DNA of 64,000 bases. Source: Octopus sinensis. Its lineage: Eukaryota. A program made the position numbers and the translations under genes. The stretch is from assembly GCF_006345805.1 (NCBI RefSeq), contig NC_043002.1:8060001-8124000 (forward strand), given 5' to 3'. This document shows, in pieces, positions 13,101-25,864 of the stretch. Below the pieces are notes generated by a model. That model saw only the letters and a list, made by a program, of their open reading frames with translations, searched no databases and had not been told where the DNA came from. The first letter of the stretch is position 1. Each line of letters begins with the position of its first letter.

Positions 13101-13806
13101 CACTGGCGAAAGTAAATTTAAAAGTTTTATTTCTTACAAAATATTTTGTTACTAGTCCTTTGCCGATCTTTATATTGACCAGTCTCCGAGTATATTTCCA
13201 CGCTTGCACGCAAACCGGTTTATTGCACTTTAGTTGCTTGCTGATGTTCGAAAAGGAAGCTTTTTGCTGTAATATACGATTTTTGCTCTCGTGACTGGAC
13301 TAAGGCTACGTTGTTTTCCCATTATTAATAAATTGTATAACATTAAATTATAACTTTATATGGTGCATTTAGGCTCGTTGTGTGACCGCCCATTTTGGCC
13401 AAAAAATTTGCATACATATTACATGGTCTTAATTTTGCCGGTAAATTTGAAACGTTTATATTACGTTCTGAGTTCAAATTCCGCCGAGGTCGACTTTGCC
13501 TTTCATTCTTTCGGGGTCGATAAATTAAGTACCAGTTACGCACTGGGGTCGATGTAATCGACTTAATCCCTTTGTCTGTCCTTGTTTGTCACCACTATGT
13601 TTAGCCCCTTGTGGGCAGTAAAGAAATATATGTTAATTTAGCATTAAAATTCTTCAAGTTGTATAAAAATTGTTTGCATCATTCGAAAGAGAAATAAATT
13701 TGGCATAAGGTGTAAAAGATTTAAATAATTTGTATGGTGTTAGTAACAAAATATTTTGTAAGAAATAGAACTTTTATCGTCGGTCTTAAATATATTTTCG
13801 CCGGTA
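13101..13806. mobile_element. MITE-like element with about 55-bp imperfect TIRs, containing a SINE B insertion
   Basis: 13103-13153 (CTGGCGAAA...AAAAGTTTTATTTCTTACAAAATATTTTGTTACTA) is an inverted repeat of 13740-13804. Confidence 0.65.
13461..13628 (+). mobile_element. SINE family B, single headless unit
   Basis: Matches the 184-bp unit of the arrays; B box GAGTTCAAATTCC. Confidence 0.9.
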
Positions 13807-13814
13807 TATATATC

Positions 13815-16330
13815 TCAGGTCTTCCCATAAGTTCTGTCCGAACTTTGGATAAAGAATCCAAGTGATCAAATGTTATATTTAGTTGAAAGTTAATCATCAA
13901 TGTACTTTCTCTGATTATCTATGACTTACTTCCATCTATTTACAAGCTTTTTAATCCCATCAATGTAAAACTGTTTTGGTTTCAAAGCGAAGAACTCTGA
14001 AATGTCAGGTTCGACCTCCTCCTGGCTTGCGAAAGTTGTGTCCCCCTAATAATTCTGTAAACTATGAAACAAATGGTATCCTGAAGGAGTAAGGTCGGGA
14101 GAATAAGTTGGATGAAGAAATTTTTCCATACCGACCTCTTCGATCTTCTGTGATGTGATCTTTGCAGTGTGGGGTTGTGCATTGTCCTGATGAAACATCA
14201 CTCGCTTTCGACTCACTAAAGCGGCTCTTTTTTTCCTTCAAAGCTTGGTTCAAACGCTCTAATTGCTGACAGTAGACTTGAGCATTGATTGTTGCATTAG
14301 GTGGTAACAATATAAAGTGAATTACGCCTTTGCAATCGCACCAGATAGAGTAGTACCTTTTTCTCATGAAGTTCCCTTCTCGGTTGTGGTTGAGCATTTT
14401 CCCTTTTACCAAGCCACTGTTTACGACGTTTAACATTTCGATAGAAAATCGATTTTTCGTCACAAGTCTATCGAAAAAGGGTGAAATGAGTTTGCGAGAA
14501 TGGAGAGAAGAGCAGATGTCAACTCGGTATTTGCGGTTGCTTTCGGACAATACATGAGGCACCTATTTTCCAAGTTTAGGAATCTTTCCACGTTGTTGAA
14601 GATGACGATGAACTGTTGTATGGTTTGAAGTAAGCTTTATTGCCAATTCTTCAACTGATAATGACGGATTTTCTTCAAGTAATGCCTCAAGGAGCTTATC
14701 ATCAAACTCAACTGGACATCCTATTCGATCTTCATCTTCAATTTTGCAAACGATCTCGTGCAAGTTCTTTCATTCAAGCACTTTCCCATAAACTGAGTGT
14801 ATGTTTCGAGTCACTTCGGCTGCAGAGTTACCTTTATTGTACTCATAAAGAATTATATGTGCCTTAAATGCTCCTTGGATACTTCCATGTTGAAAGGGTT
14901 TTAATCAAAGCAATTCTAGGGTGTCCACGAAGTCTGGGTACATGGAATAAAATCATAACATAAACAAATATAAGAAATAATAATTTTCCTTTTTTACTTT
15001 TGTTTAAATTAAATTTAAAAAATACTTTACTTTTCTAAATTTATTTGTTATTTTTTCTACAGATGATCGAATGATGGCTCTGTCTAAAGAAGAAAGAATC
15101 CCAGATCGAATGATGGATCTGTCTAAAGAAAAAAGAATCGAGTTATTATTATTAAGTGGACGAGAGGGATGGTCTTATCGCAAAATTGCGGAAGAATTTA
15201 ATCTTCGACACCCTTATAGGTAACCTATTTTTTTTACTGCTGTCGGGAAATTGATCAAGAAATTTAAAGAAACAGGCAGTGTTTTGGATAAACCCCGTTC
15301 CGGGCGACCAAAGACTTCAGATGAAACGAAAGGGGCTGTCATGGCTAAAGTTTCTGCTAGCCCAAAGAAATCACTTCGTCGGACATCCACGGTGTTAGGT
15401 GTTCCAAAACCAACCATCCACAAAATGCTGGTTGAGGAAAAGTTTCATCGATACAACCTACAGATATTACATCACTTAAATGAAGACGACCCTGATAGAC
15501 GAATGTAGACATGCGAATGGTTTTCAGATAAATTGGATGAAAATATCAATTTTACGAAAAACTTTGTTCAGTGAGGTCAACAGACAGAATCTTCTATACT
15601 GGTCTCGAGGTAATCCACATTGGATGGATCCATCCAAACAGCAAGGCAGCAAAAAGGTGATGGTGTGGTGTGGTTTGTGGAAAGCTCATGTTCTAGGACC
15701 CTTCTTCATTGAACATGTAACGGATGAGACTTATGTAAACATATTGAGAGACAAATTAATATCTCAAATTGAGCGCCTAGGCGAGGGCCTTCCGAACTGG
15801 ATTCAGCAGGATGGGGCCCCTACCCATTTTGCCACAACTGTTAGAGATTGGCTTAATGACACTTTTCCTCACTGGATTGGAAGAAGGGCTCATATGGAAA
15901 GGACCCCTCGTTCACCAGACCTTTCTCCCCTTGATTTCTTTTTCTGAGGTATGTTGAAAGATAAATATTACAATAAAGATTACAGATTTAAAACACATGA
16001 GAGAACGCATTACCAGTCAGTGTACTGAAATTGATGGCAATGTAGACTCAAGTTATGCATTGAAAAATGATGGAAATCACTTTGAAAATATTATTTATTA
16101 ACATTATAATTAAATAAAATTGGTTTGTTTTAAAATTATGTGTTAATCCCCATGTACGCAGACTTTGTGGAAACCTTCTATTATTTTGTAAAATAATATT
16201 GAATTAGTTTAAACGTACACAAATGCATAAAAATAATTTTTAATTGAATTAGACATTTGAAAATACTATTAAATTTCATTCAAATCTAAAAAAAAAGGTA
16301 AAATTGGACAGAACTGATTGGATGACTTGA
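13815..16330 (-). mobile_element. Mariner element with both TIRs; transposase pseudogene 13890-14888; split by a nested element
   Basis: TIRs TCAGGTCTTCCCATAAGTTCTGTCCGA (13815) and reverse complement at 16304-16330. Translation MEVSKEHLRHIILYEY..., (W)VPHVL, HQDNAQPH, YSPDL, KKLVNRWK*VIDN, with stops and frameshifts. Confidence 0.9.
14919..16178 (+). mobile_element. Tc1/mariner element of DD41D (rosa/Visitor)-like type, both TIRs, TA duplication; transposase pseudogene about 15074-16080
   Basis: TA-GGGTGTCCACGAAGTCTGGGTACATGG and ...CCATGTACGCAGACTTTGTGGAAACCTTC-TA; motifs KFKETGSVLDKPRSGRP, VMVWCGL, QQDGAPTH...WIGRR...PRSPDLSPLDFF with 40 residues between the last two D. Confidence 0.9.
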
Positions 16331-17059
16331 TATATATAATCTATGATATTCTAGTATGTTTCAAGTTTATAACACCTTGATATCTCATGTTATCTCATTT
16401 TATATGCCTAAGACGTTTATTTTCTATTCTGGTTTTTATATATTTCTATACATTATATTTGTATCTATAATTTATTTTAAGCCGAAACATAGTACGATCT
16501 TTGTAGAAACGAAAGAACAAGAATGTCCTCTGGAACTTTTATCTTCCACCGGTGTTTGTAATCGATGGTGACATGTGCGATGATTTTGCGACTATCTTAT
16601 ATTTTACAGAGAAACTGGAAACCCCGAATGTAAGCCACCACTTTATGCATAATACAATATTATAGTTCTCTATTTCTAACTCAAATCTGTCCTCAATAAT
16701 TATAGATCTCTATTTCTAAATGTAATTCTTTTTCTTCTCGTTCAGTTTATAACTATAACACGCATTCTTGTCTGTCTCTTGACAATGCTTTTTTTTCTCC
16801 AGCGCTCACCACTTCACCTCGCTAGGGTTAAACAGCCTATACCAAATGTTTTCACTGTCCTGTTTTTGTTAGCAGCTTTGACGTTCCACGTATCTCAAAT
16901 TTTATTTAATTTGCTTTGCAGGAGCAATTGCTTTGACGAAGACGCATCTTGTTGCACTGCTCGCAATGCAGAGTAGGTAAATCTGCCAACAATTGAGGAA
17001 GGGTTGTTTTTTATGCTGCCTTCGCGCTATAAGTTCTCAATATATAATGGAAAACCCAA

Positions 17060-17468
17060 CCCAACTGTCACTTATTCTATCGACCTCCAAGGGGAGGAAA
17101 GGCAAAGTCGACCTCGACGGAATTTGAAATCAGAACGAAGGACGTACGAAATACTAATTTCTTTATTACCCACCGGGGGCCAAAATTTTTAGGCAAAGTC
17201 AACCTCAGCGGAATTTGAACTCAGAACGTAAAGACAGACGAAATACCTATTTCTTTACTACCCACAAGGGGCTTAACACAGAGAGGACAAACAAGGACAG
17301 ACAAACGGATTAAGTCGATTATATCGACCCCAGTGCGTAACTGGTACTTATTTAAAAGGATGAAAGGCAAAGTCGACCTCTGCGGAATTTGAACTCAGAA
17401 CGTAACGGCAGACGAGATATGGCTACGCATTTCGTCCAGCGTGTTAACGATTCGGCCAGCTCGCCGCC
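17060..17468 (-). mobile_element. SINE family B: head plus 3 tandem units (two partly deleted)
   Basis: Head (GGCGGCGAGCTGGCCGAATCGTT) at 17468; junction GAAATACCTATTTC at about 17220. Confidence 0.85.
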
Positions 17469-17811
17469 CTAGACTTTGTACACATTACCATTGTTACTAA
17501 AGTAATTATAATTACACCGACCAGTCCCACTATTATTGTTGCCCTGGGTTGGAGAAAACAATGGCGTCTTTATGTGGTGACCGGATCTGATATAAATGGC
17601 AACCAAACGTTTCTTGAGATAATATCACACCGACTTCGAAATAAAAAAAAAAAACATTGCATAACGTTCGCAGGTTCTCAGAACATAGGGGAAAATACTG
17701 GATGATCACAGCTGGAAAACTATTATAATTCTACTTATACACACACACACACACACATACACCACACACACACACGTATGTATGTATGTATGTATGTATG
17801 TATGTATTATG

Positions 17812-17864
<53 letters not shown>

Positions 17865-17865
17865 T

Positions 17866-17907
<42 letters not shown>

Positions 17908-17921
17908 AGTATATATATATA

Positions 17922-18087
17922 GGTGCAGGCGTGACTGTGTGGTAAGAAGCTTTCTTCCCAACCACATGGTACCTGGTTCAGTTCCACTGCGTGACACCTT
18001 GGTAAATATCTCCTACTATAGCTTCGGGCCAATCAAAGGCTTGTGAGTGGATTTGATAGACGGAAACTGAAAGAATCCCGTCGTATG

Positions 18088-18132
<45 letters not shown>

Positions 18133-18223
18133 TATGTATGTATGTATTTGAGTGTCTGTGTCCCCCACCATCATTTGACAACCGATGCTGGTGTGTTTAC
18201 GTCCCCGTAACTTAGCGGTTCGA
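17922..18223 (+). mobile_element. SINE family A, 3'-truncated, diverged
   Basis: Same head, core, internal microsatellite and tail start as the 9034 copy. Confidence 0.85.
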
Positions 18224-18249
18224 CATAGCAGAAATTTGTTAATCTATGC

Positions 18250-18482
18250 CTATAGCTTTCTACGCACAAGGGGCTAAACACAGAAAGAACAAACAAGGAC
18301 AGACATAGGTATTAAGTCGATTACATCGACCCCAGTGCGTAACTGGTACTTAATTTATTGACCCCGAAAGGATGAAAGGCAAAGTCGACCTCGGCGGATT
18401 TGAACTCAGAACGTAACGGCAGACGAAATACGGCTACGCATTTCGCCCGGCGCGCTAACGTTTCTGCCAGCTCCTCGCTGCC
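18250..18482 (-). mobile_element. SINE family B, head plus one unit
   Basis: Reverse complement of the 24058 copy. Confidence 0.9.
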
Positions 18483-18945
18483 TTCTGTTAATCTATACCA
18501 TACATAAACACATACACGTGCAATTATACATGAACACACATACTGAAATGCAATATTTCTTCCGGTTCTTTACATTCTGAATTTGCCCTTCCGTCTTCCG
18601 AAATCGGTGAAACAAAATACCAGTCAAGTTCTGGGATCGATTTGATCGACTGCCGATCTGTCCCAAAATGAATGTGCTAGCAAGAATCCAAATCGCCTCC
18701 CTACCGCAGAGGCTCCAACATCACGTGATATTACTTTTTGATTGAATTACACCAACGTCACATCTATATCAATTGTTGTTACAGCTTATATTATCGCTAA
18801 GCACAATACATTGATACACATACGAACGGATACACACACAACAAGCACAGACATCATGTCGCTCACTTGTATGAACACAAATTCTCTCTACAAGCTGACC
18901 CATTATAATAAAGTTCATGCAAAAAAAGTGTGTATATTTTGCATG

Positions 18946-18982
<37 letters not shown>

Positions 18983-19029
18983 ATGTGTACAACCTACTGC
19001 ACGTATATATATGCATTGTTATATATATA

Positions 19030-19290
19030 CATATGTATGTATATGTATGTATATGTATATGTATGTATGTATATGTATGTATGTATATGTATGTATATGT
19101 GTATGTATGTATATGTATATGTATGTATATGTATATGTATGTATATGTAAGTATATGTATGTATATGTATGTATATGTATGTATATGTATGTATATGTAT
19201 ATGTACGTATATGTATGTATATGTATGTATATGTATATGTATGTGTATGTATGTGTATGTATGTGTATGTGTGTGTGTGTATACAGACAT
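19030..19290. repeat. (TATG)/(TATGTA)n microsatellite
   Basis: Directly visible. Confidence 0.95.
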
Positions 19291-19319
19291 ACATATGCCT
19301 ATATGTATATTCTTTCTCA

Positions 19320-19520
19320 TTTCGGCACAAGGCCAGCAATTTTGCGGGTTGGGGAAGTCGATTATATCGACTCCAGTGCTCAACCGGTTGTTATTCTATT
19401 GATCCCGGAAGAGTGAAATGTAAATTCCACTCGGCGGATTTGAACTCAGAATGTAAAGACAGACGAAGTACCGCTAGGCATTTCATCCGGCGTTCTAACG
19501 ATTCTGCCAGCACGCTGCCT
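19320..19520 (-). mobile_element. Older SINE family B subfamily with a different tail
   Basis: Head and body homologous to the young copies, but tail is CTTCCCCAACCCGCAAAATTGCTGGCCTTGTGCCGAAA. Confidence 0.8.
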
Positions 19521-19540
19521 TATATATACATGTATGTTTG

Positions 19541-19623
<83 letters not shown>

Positions 19624-22139
19624 ATATATATATATATATATATAATATATAATATACATGCACACACCTATATATGTATGTATGTATGTATGTATGTAAG
19701 TATGTATGTGCATGCGTGTGTGTATATATATATATATACTTATATATATGTATGTAAGTATGTGCATGTGTGTGTGTGTGTGTGTGTAAAAATAAAGATA
19801 TACACATACAGACACACATACACAAATACTTTTCCTTCCCATTTGTCACCCTCCTCCTCCTCAATTCTATATGTGTGCGCGCGTGTGTGCGTGTTACCGT
19901 GCGTGTGTGTGTGTGCGCGCGCTCTCGTGCAGGCATATATGTATAAGCACCATTCTTTCCTTTCATTTTTGTCTTTCCCCTTTCTGTCTATCGTCTTTCG
20001 TCTCTCTTTTTCTCCTTCTCGTCTTTCTCTCTCTCTTCCTACCTCTCTCTCTCTCTCTCTCCTTCTCTCTCACCCCTCTCCGTCTCCTTCCTCTGTCCGT
20101 TGATAACAGTTATCAATGTTACAACCAAATGTGTCTGACATCTTCACTACTCCGGCAAGAAATCGGTTGATTCCAATCGTTTACACCGTACAAATGATTA
20201 CGTTTATGGTGTGGTCAACCAGGCGGCTTTATCAGGTTGTAAATTCGACCAAGCGGCGCTGCTCACTAGTAACTTTTATCATTTTCGTTCCTGCTCAATA
20301 ATCCAGTTGTCCGCACGGACCATTGGCCTTAACACTTTCTAACTTACATACAACCAGACTTCTCTTCAAACACTGCGGCCAAAATGATATCATTTACTTT
20401 TAAATGTCTTTCTCTTGCTTTCTTTCTTTATTTATTGTTTTTCTTTCTTTATCCGCTTTCTTCCGTTTTCATGTTCCTGCGTTCGTTCATTCTTTCTTTA
20501 GTTTTTCTAGATATATGATTTTCTTCTTCACTCACTCATTTCTTTGAAACAAAAACAACACAAACACCTTCACCGACCCCCACCGATCTTCTCCACCACC
20601 AGCATCACACACAATGACAATACACCACACTTTACCATACTTTTCTACACGATGCAACACATACAACAAACACAAGAACATCATACGTTAACACATGCCC
20701 TCCATTCTTCAAGAATTTATCCTTGCGACAATGTCAAATTAATGATGCAGGTTATTTTGACGATTCTGTCGTGAAATTTGCAGAACGAATAAACGCCATA
20801 GATCTTCCATATTTCAGCAAGTTTTAGCATTTAACCGGTTAAACTACATCACCATCTGACTTATCGAGTGATAAACTGACCTTTATTTTGGAAGAGAAGG
20901 AGAAATTAGGAACACAGATGAAGCGAAGAATGTGAGTGCGTGCGTGTATGTATAAGTGTATGTATATAAACGCACACACACATATATATATGTATACACT
21001 TATATACACATATAAATTCAGTATATATATACATATATATATATATGCGTGTGTGTGTGTATGTATGTATATATATATATATATATACATCAATAGATGT
21101 GCATATATGTGTATATACACAAAGACACTCATTTTCTATACAAAAACTCTATCAAAAGTATATAAGAACATGTATAAAAACATAGGAACACACTAAAATG
21201 AACTTGTGCCTATATGTGTGTGGTGTGTGTGTGTGTGTGTTTGTGTATGTATATATCTATATATGTGTATGTGTGTGTATGTATGTATATCTATATATGT
21301 GTATGTGTGTGTGTATGTATGTATATCTATATATGTTTATGTGTGTGTGTGTATGTATGTATATCTATATATGTGTATAAGCATGTTTTAATGGTTAAGT
21401 ATGGATTAAATCAAAATGGAGTACTGTCATAAAAAAATATTGCATACATACACACACGCACACACACGCGCTCACAAACACACATACATCCACGCATATG
21501 CATGTAGACACGCATGCGTACTTACATACTTGTGCAAGTACGCGTATAGTTGTGTATATGCGTTTAATGAAGGCATGTGCTAATCTGCGCGCGTCTGTCC
21601 ATGTGTAAGTCGCCAAAATGTTTTAGACAACCTATCAAGTTAGTTATTGTATATTATGTCACCTATTTGTTAAATGTATGATTGTCACTGTTTGTTTCAT
21701 TCTTTACTTGTTTTTTTCTCTTCTGTTTTTATTTCTCTTAAACTTCCTTTTTTTCTCCCTTTTTTTATTTTTGTTTCTGCATTCTGCTGAACATTATGAC
21801 ATAGATACAAAATGGCTGCATTCAGCTGCACACTGAAGCAAAGATGCGAATCAATAAGCCATAGCAGAAATTATGCAATTTCAATTGTCATACCGTCGAC
21901 TGCATCAGTCTCGTCCAGAAACTTTTTCTTTTTTTGCATATGTTTTGATTGGCAGCGGATTTTAAGCATTCTAATATTTATAACAGGCAAAAGGTATTAA
22001 TTTTTAAATAGTTCTTTTGCCTCTGCTTGCTTTAGTTCTTAATACTTCATATTTGTATTTCATCACGAATTTTCTTCTTTTCTTTCAGATGATATTTAAA
22101 ATTTTTCTTGCTTGCTAATTATTGCTCTTGTTGCAATTT

Positions 22140-22559
22140 TTTAGTCCTTGTTCAGCTGTGATCGAGCAGACCTATGAAGAAAAAGCAATTTTATTTTGAC
22201 TAACCAGTTTGCTATATTTTTTCAAATACTCTATAGTTAGAACAATACTACTGTGACATTTTTTCAGACAGTTATGCAATTGTTCTCAATCTTTTTGACT
22301 TTGTAGCTCATTGGAAATCAAATAAAGACATTTTTAACACACCTCACGTGGAAACTTTAAAACAAAATTGTTTTGAAAGAAAATTTAGATTAAAAAAATA
22401 TAAAGAAGACTATTGCTTTCGTTTGTTTTATTAATTATACATGCATAAACAAAATTATGAATAATAGGATTTTCATGACTTAACAGCATAAACGTTGATA
22501 TTCTAAAATCTTAAAATATATTTCAAAAAACATCCATGAGCTATCTTTGAGAACCACTG
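22140..22559. mobile_element. Possible hAT-type non-autonomous element end
   Basis: Ends TTGAGAACCACTG (reverse complement CAGTGGTTCTCAA, a common hAT TIR); other end not found, left bound a guess. Confidence 0.35.
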
Positions 22560-22789
22560 CAAGGGTGTGAATTGTGAGTAATTTCCATTGAAGCATCAAC
22601 CAAGCGCTGGGACTGATTCATCTTTCTCTCTCAGAAGTTTCACTGAGAGAAATGTCGTCAGCGATTATTTATAGAACATTTTCCCCCTATAAAAGAAGGA
22701 AGGTTCTCATAGAAAACCAATATGCAATAGAAATTTCCTAAGGACGGTAAAGAAAACGGTCGATTCAAACTTATACTTGCGTGTGTGTG

Positions 22790-23023
22790 TGTGTGTGTTG
22801 TGGTTGTGTGTGTGGTTGTGTGTGTGGTTGTGTATGTGTGGTTGTGTGTGTGTGCGGTTGTGTGTGTGTGGTTGTATATGGTTGTGTGGTTGTGTATGGT
22901 TGTGTGTGGTTGTGTGTGGTTGTGGTTGTGTGTGGTTGTGTGTGTGTGTGTGTGGTTGTGTGTGTGGTTGTGTGTGTGTGTGTGGTTGTGTATGGTTGTG
23001 TATGGTTGTGTGGTTGTGTGTGG

Positions 23024-23061
<38 letters not shown>

Positions 23062-23110
23062 TTGTGTGTGGTTGTGTGGTTGTGTGTGTATGGTTGTGCA
23101 CGTGTGTGTA
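22790..23110. repeat. (GT)n array interrupted by TGGT motifs
   Basis: Directly visible. Confidence 0.9.
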
Positions 23111-24057
23111 GTTGTGCACATACCTACACACACATGTTATTGTGTTTGTTAATTCTCATTTCATAACCATTTTGCCTTATTAACGGTAGTGAGTTGACAA
23201 AAAACACAACCCGAACTAAGCGCTTTACAATCAATACGGCAATTCGACTTTCTCTTTTGAATCCTCTTTTATACATTTCAGGTTGGTAAAATGATTATTA
23301 GTCTTAGAATGGGTAAATCCAATCACTTACTTTACTAGTACTGCTTGGCTCTTGGGAACGTCAGTGGAGTCCATTCTGTTATAATCATTCGGACCAAGTC
23401 TATGAATAACTTCCTACTGTTCTCCAATCAATCTTGGAGGCTCTGAGAAGGTATTGTCCTTTTTCCATTGACTAAATCATGTGACAAAATATCGGATAGG
23501 CTCCCTTATGTAACAAAATCGGCGTTGTGTCTAGGCAGAATCGTTAGAACGTTAAACGAAGTTCACAAAGCTAATGGTGGTACTCTGTAGGTATTTCTAG
23601 CATTTCTCAGATCTTTTCTCAAGGTGAAAATCTGATAGGTGAAAATCTCAAGGTGAAAATCTGCCTCGGTCAAATCAATTTAGTCTATATTAATCGGTTT
23701 CCTTCTCTCATCGTCCTCCGCTGCCACTAATATGCAGCTATTTAAACTAAGCATTAGTCGCAATAAGTTCCATCTAGTTAACCATACACCAACATCTAAG
23801 AAAACCTGTGAAGCCTCTCAGGTCAAAGACCACTTTAAGGCAAAATTTTAAAATGTAATATAAACACAATCGCATATGTTTGTATATCTTTAAATACCTT
23901 GTATTCGTTGAAATACATTTTTACATACAATTTAGTGTACATGGTCACAATAAGCTCAAGCGGTAAACTATGCCCTTTACACTTAAATTATATCGATATT
24001 GTTGGAGCAGAAGCTGAAATATCTTTGGACAAGAACAGTTCTCGCCTGAAGAGTATA

Positions 24058-24290
24058 GCGGCGAGCTGGCAGAAACGTTAGCACGCCGGACGAAATGCGT
24101 AGCCGTATTTCGTCTGCCGTTACGTTCTGAGTTCAAATTCTGCCGAGGTCGACTTTGCCTTTCATTCTTTCGGGGTCGATTAAATAAGTACCAGTTACGC
24201 ACTAGGGTCGATGTAATCGACTTAATCCGTTTGTCTGTCCTTCTTTGTCCCCTCTGTGCTTAGCCCCTTGTGGGTAGTAAAGAAATAGGT
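24058..24290 (+). mobile_element. SINE family B, head plus one unit (reference copy)
   Basis: A box TGGCAGAAACGTT, B box GAGTTCAAATTC, GTCGAT-GTA-ATCGAC hairpin, end GAAATAGGT. Confidence 0.92.
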
Positions 24291-24759
24291 ACTCGCGTTG
24301 CGAGATAGATATTTTTACTGAACGAGCCATGTGTGCGCGCATGTTTGCCTGTGTGTATACATGTGTGTGTGTGTGTGCATGCGTGCGTGCGTGTGTGTGT
24401 GAAATGGAATGCCAGAGACATTGATAAATCTTGAATACAACATACAAATTTCAGTCGATTTCAATTTGCGCCGCGATAAAGAAACTGAGTTAGTACTATT
24501 AAAACATATATTGAACTGTAAGGCCGTGACCTACGAGAGGTCATCTGGAGGGTTAGGGAAATCATCTGGTCTCAGAAGAGAAATGTTACAGAGGAAAACA
24601 AAAAAATATATGAGCTGTCAGTTTCGAATTATTTATTGGGAACGCAAATGTACTAAAGTTGTAATGTTTGTGTCTGAATGTCTCTTACAAGTGACATGCG
24701 CCAGAGAGAAATTTGCAGATTTGGCGATTGTTTTTTGTTAAACAGACACAAACACGAAA

Positions 24760-24836
24760 AACACGCACGCACACGCACACACACATACACACACACACAC
24801 ACACACCACACACACACACACACACACATACATACA

Positions 24837-24870
<34 letters not shown>

Positions 24871-25024
24871 CATTGATACATACATACATATTCGTATATA
24901 TATATATATGTGTGTGAGTACATACACACATGCGCGCGCGCGCACACTGAAACACACACACACACATATATATACAAACGTATACACACTCATACATACA
25001 TACATACATGCATATTCGTATGTT

Positions 25025-25055
<31 letters not shown>

Positions 25056-25096
25056 ACATACACACATGCGCACACATACACACAGACACACACACG

Positions 25097-25136
<40 letters not shown>

Positions 25137-25247
25137 CAAACGTATACACACTCATATATATTTATAAACATGCACACGCATAGAAATATATATTTACGTA
25201 TACATGCACACGCACAAACACACGCACACACACACATACACACACAT

Positions 25248-25288
<41 letters not shown>

Positions 25289-25430
25289 CAAACGTATACA
25301 CACTCATACATATTTATAAACATATACACACGCATAGCGATATATATATATATTTACGTATACATGCACACACACACGCACACACACAGACACACGCACA
25401 CACACGCACATATATATATATATATATTCA
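24760..25430. repeat. (CA)/(TA) microsatellite field with about 150-bp higher-order duplications
   Basis: TATACAAACGTATACACACTCATA recurs at about 24970, 25132 and 25284. Confidence 0.85.
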
Positions 25431-25864
25431 TATGTGTGTATGTGTATTATTAAGAGTGTGAAACACCTGTGTATGTATGAACGTATGAATATATGCACAC
25501 CTCTTCCCGGGACACAATCATCATTTTACAGGTAGAAAGTCAAGTAAAATGGGAGAGAAAAGGATTATGTGGGAAAGACAGAGAAGCAGAGAGACAGTAA
25601 CAGAGAGAGAGGGGGAGGAAGAGAAAGAGAGGGATACAGACAGAGAGACAGAGTAGAAAAGAAAGTATATGGATAATGAGGAAGGGAAGGGTGCCGAATA
25701 AAGATGTCCGCTGCTATGGGTAACTTTTTTATTTTTATATTTTTTGAAATGTGATAAAGGAGAAAAGTGTTAAAAAATGAAATATATTCGAAGACACTGA
25801 TGCCAGACAACGCATTTATGTTCATAATACACACATTTATATATCTTAGGTGTGATAAATTATC

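Noticed and set aside
18742-19652. Long ORFs such as 18742-19416, 18930-19652, 7918-8511, 24653-25303, 39823-40430
   Set aside because: Translations ([16 protein letters not shown]) are microsatellite read-throughs with no domain content.
23620-23662. AGGTGAAAATCT three times
   Set aside because: Appears to be slippage within a decayed SINE B B-box region.
24058-24290. Ribozyme inside the SINE B unit
   Set aside because: No CUGANGA box on either strand; no HDV-like fold evident by eye.
24527-24543. TGACCT-n5-AGGTCA nuclear-receptor-like site
   Set aside because: Single motif, no supporting context.
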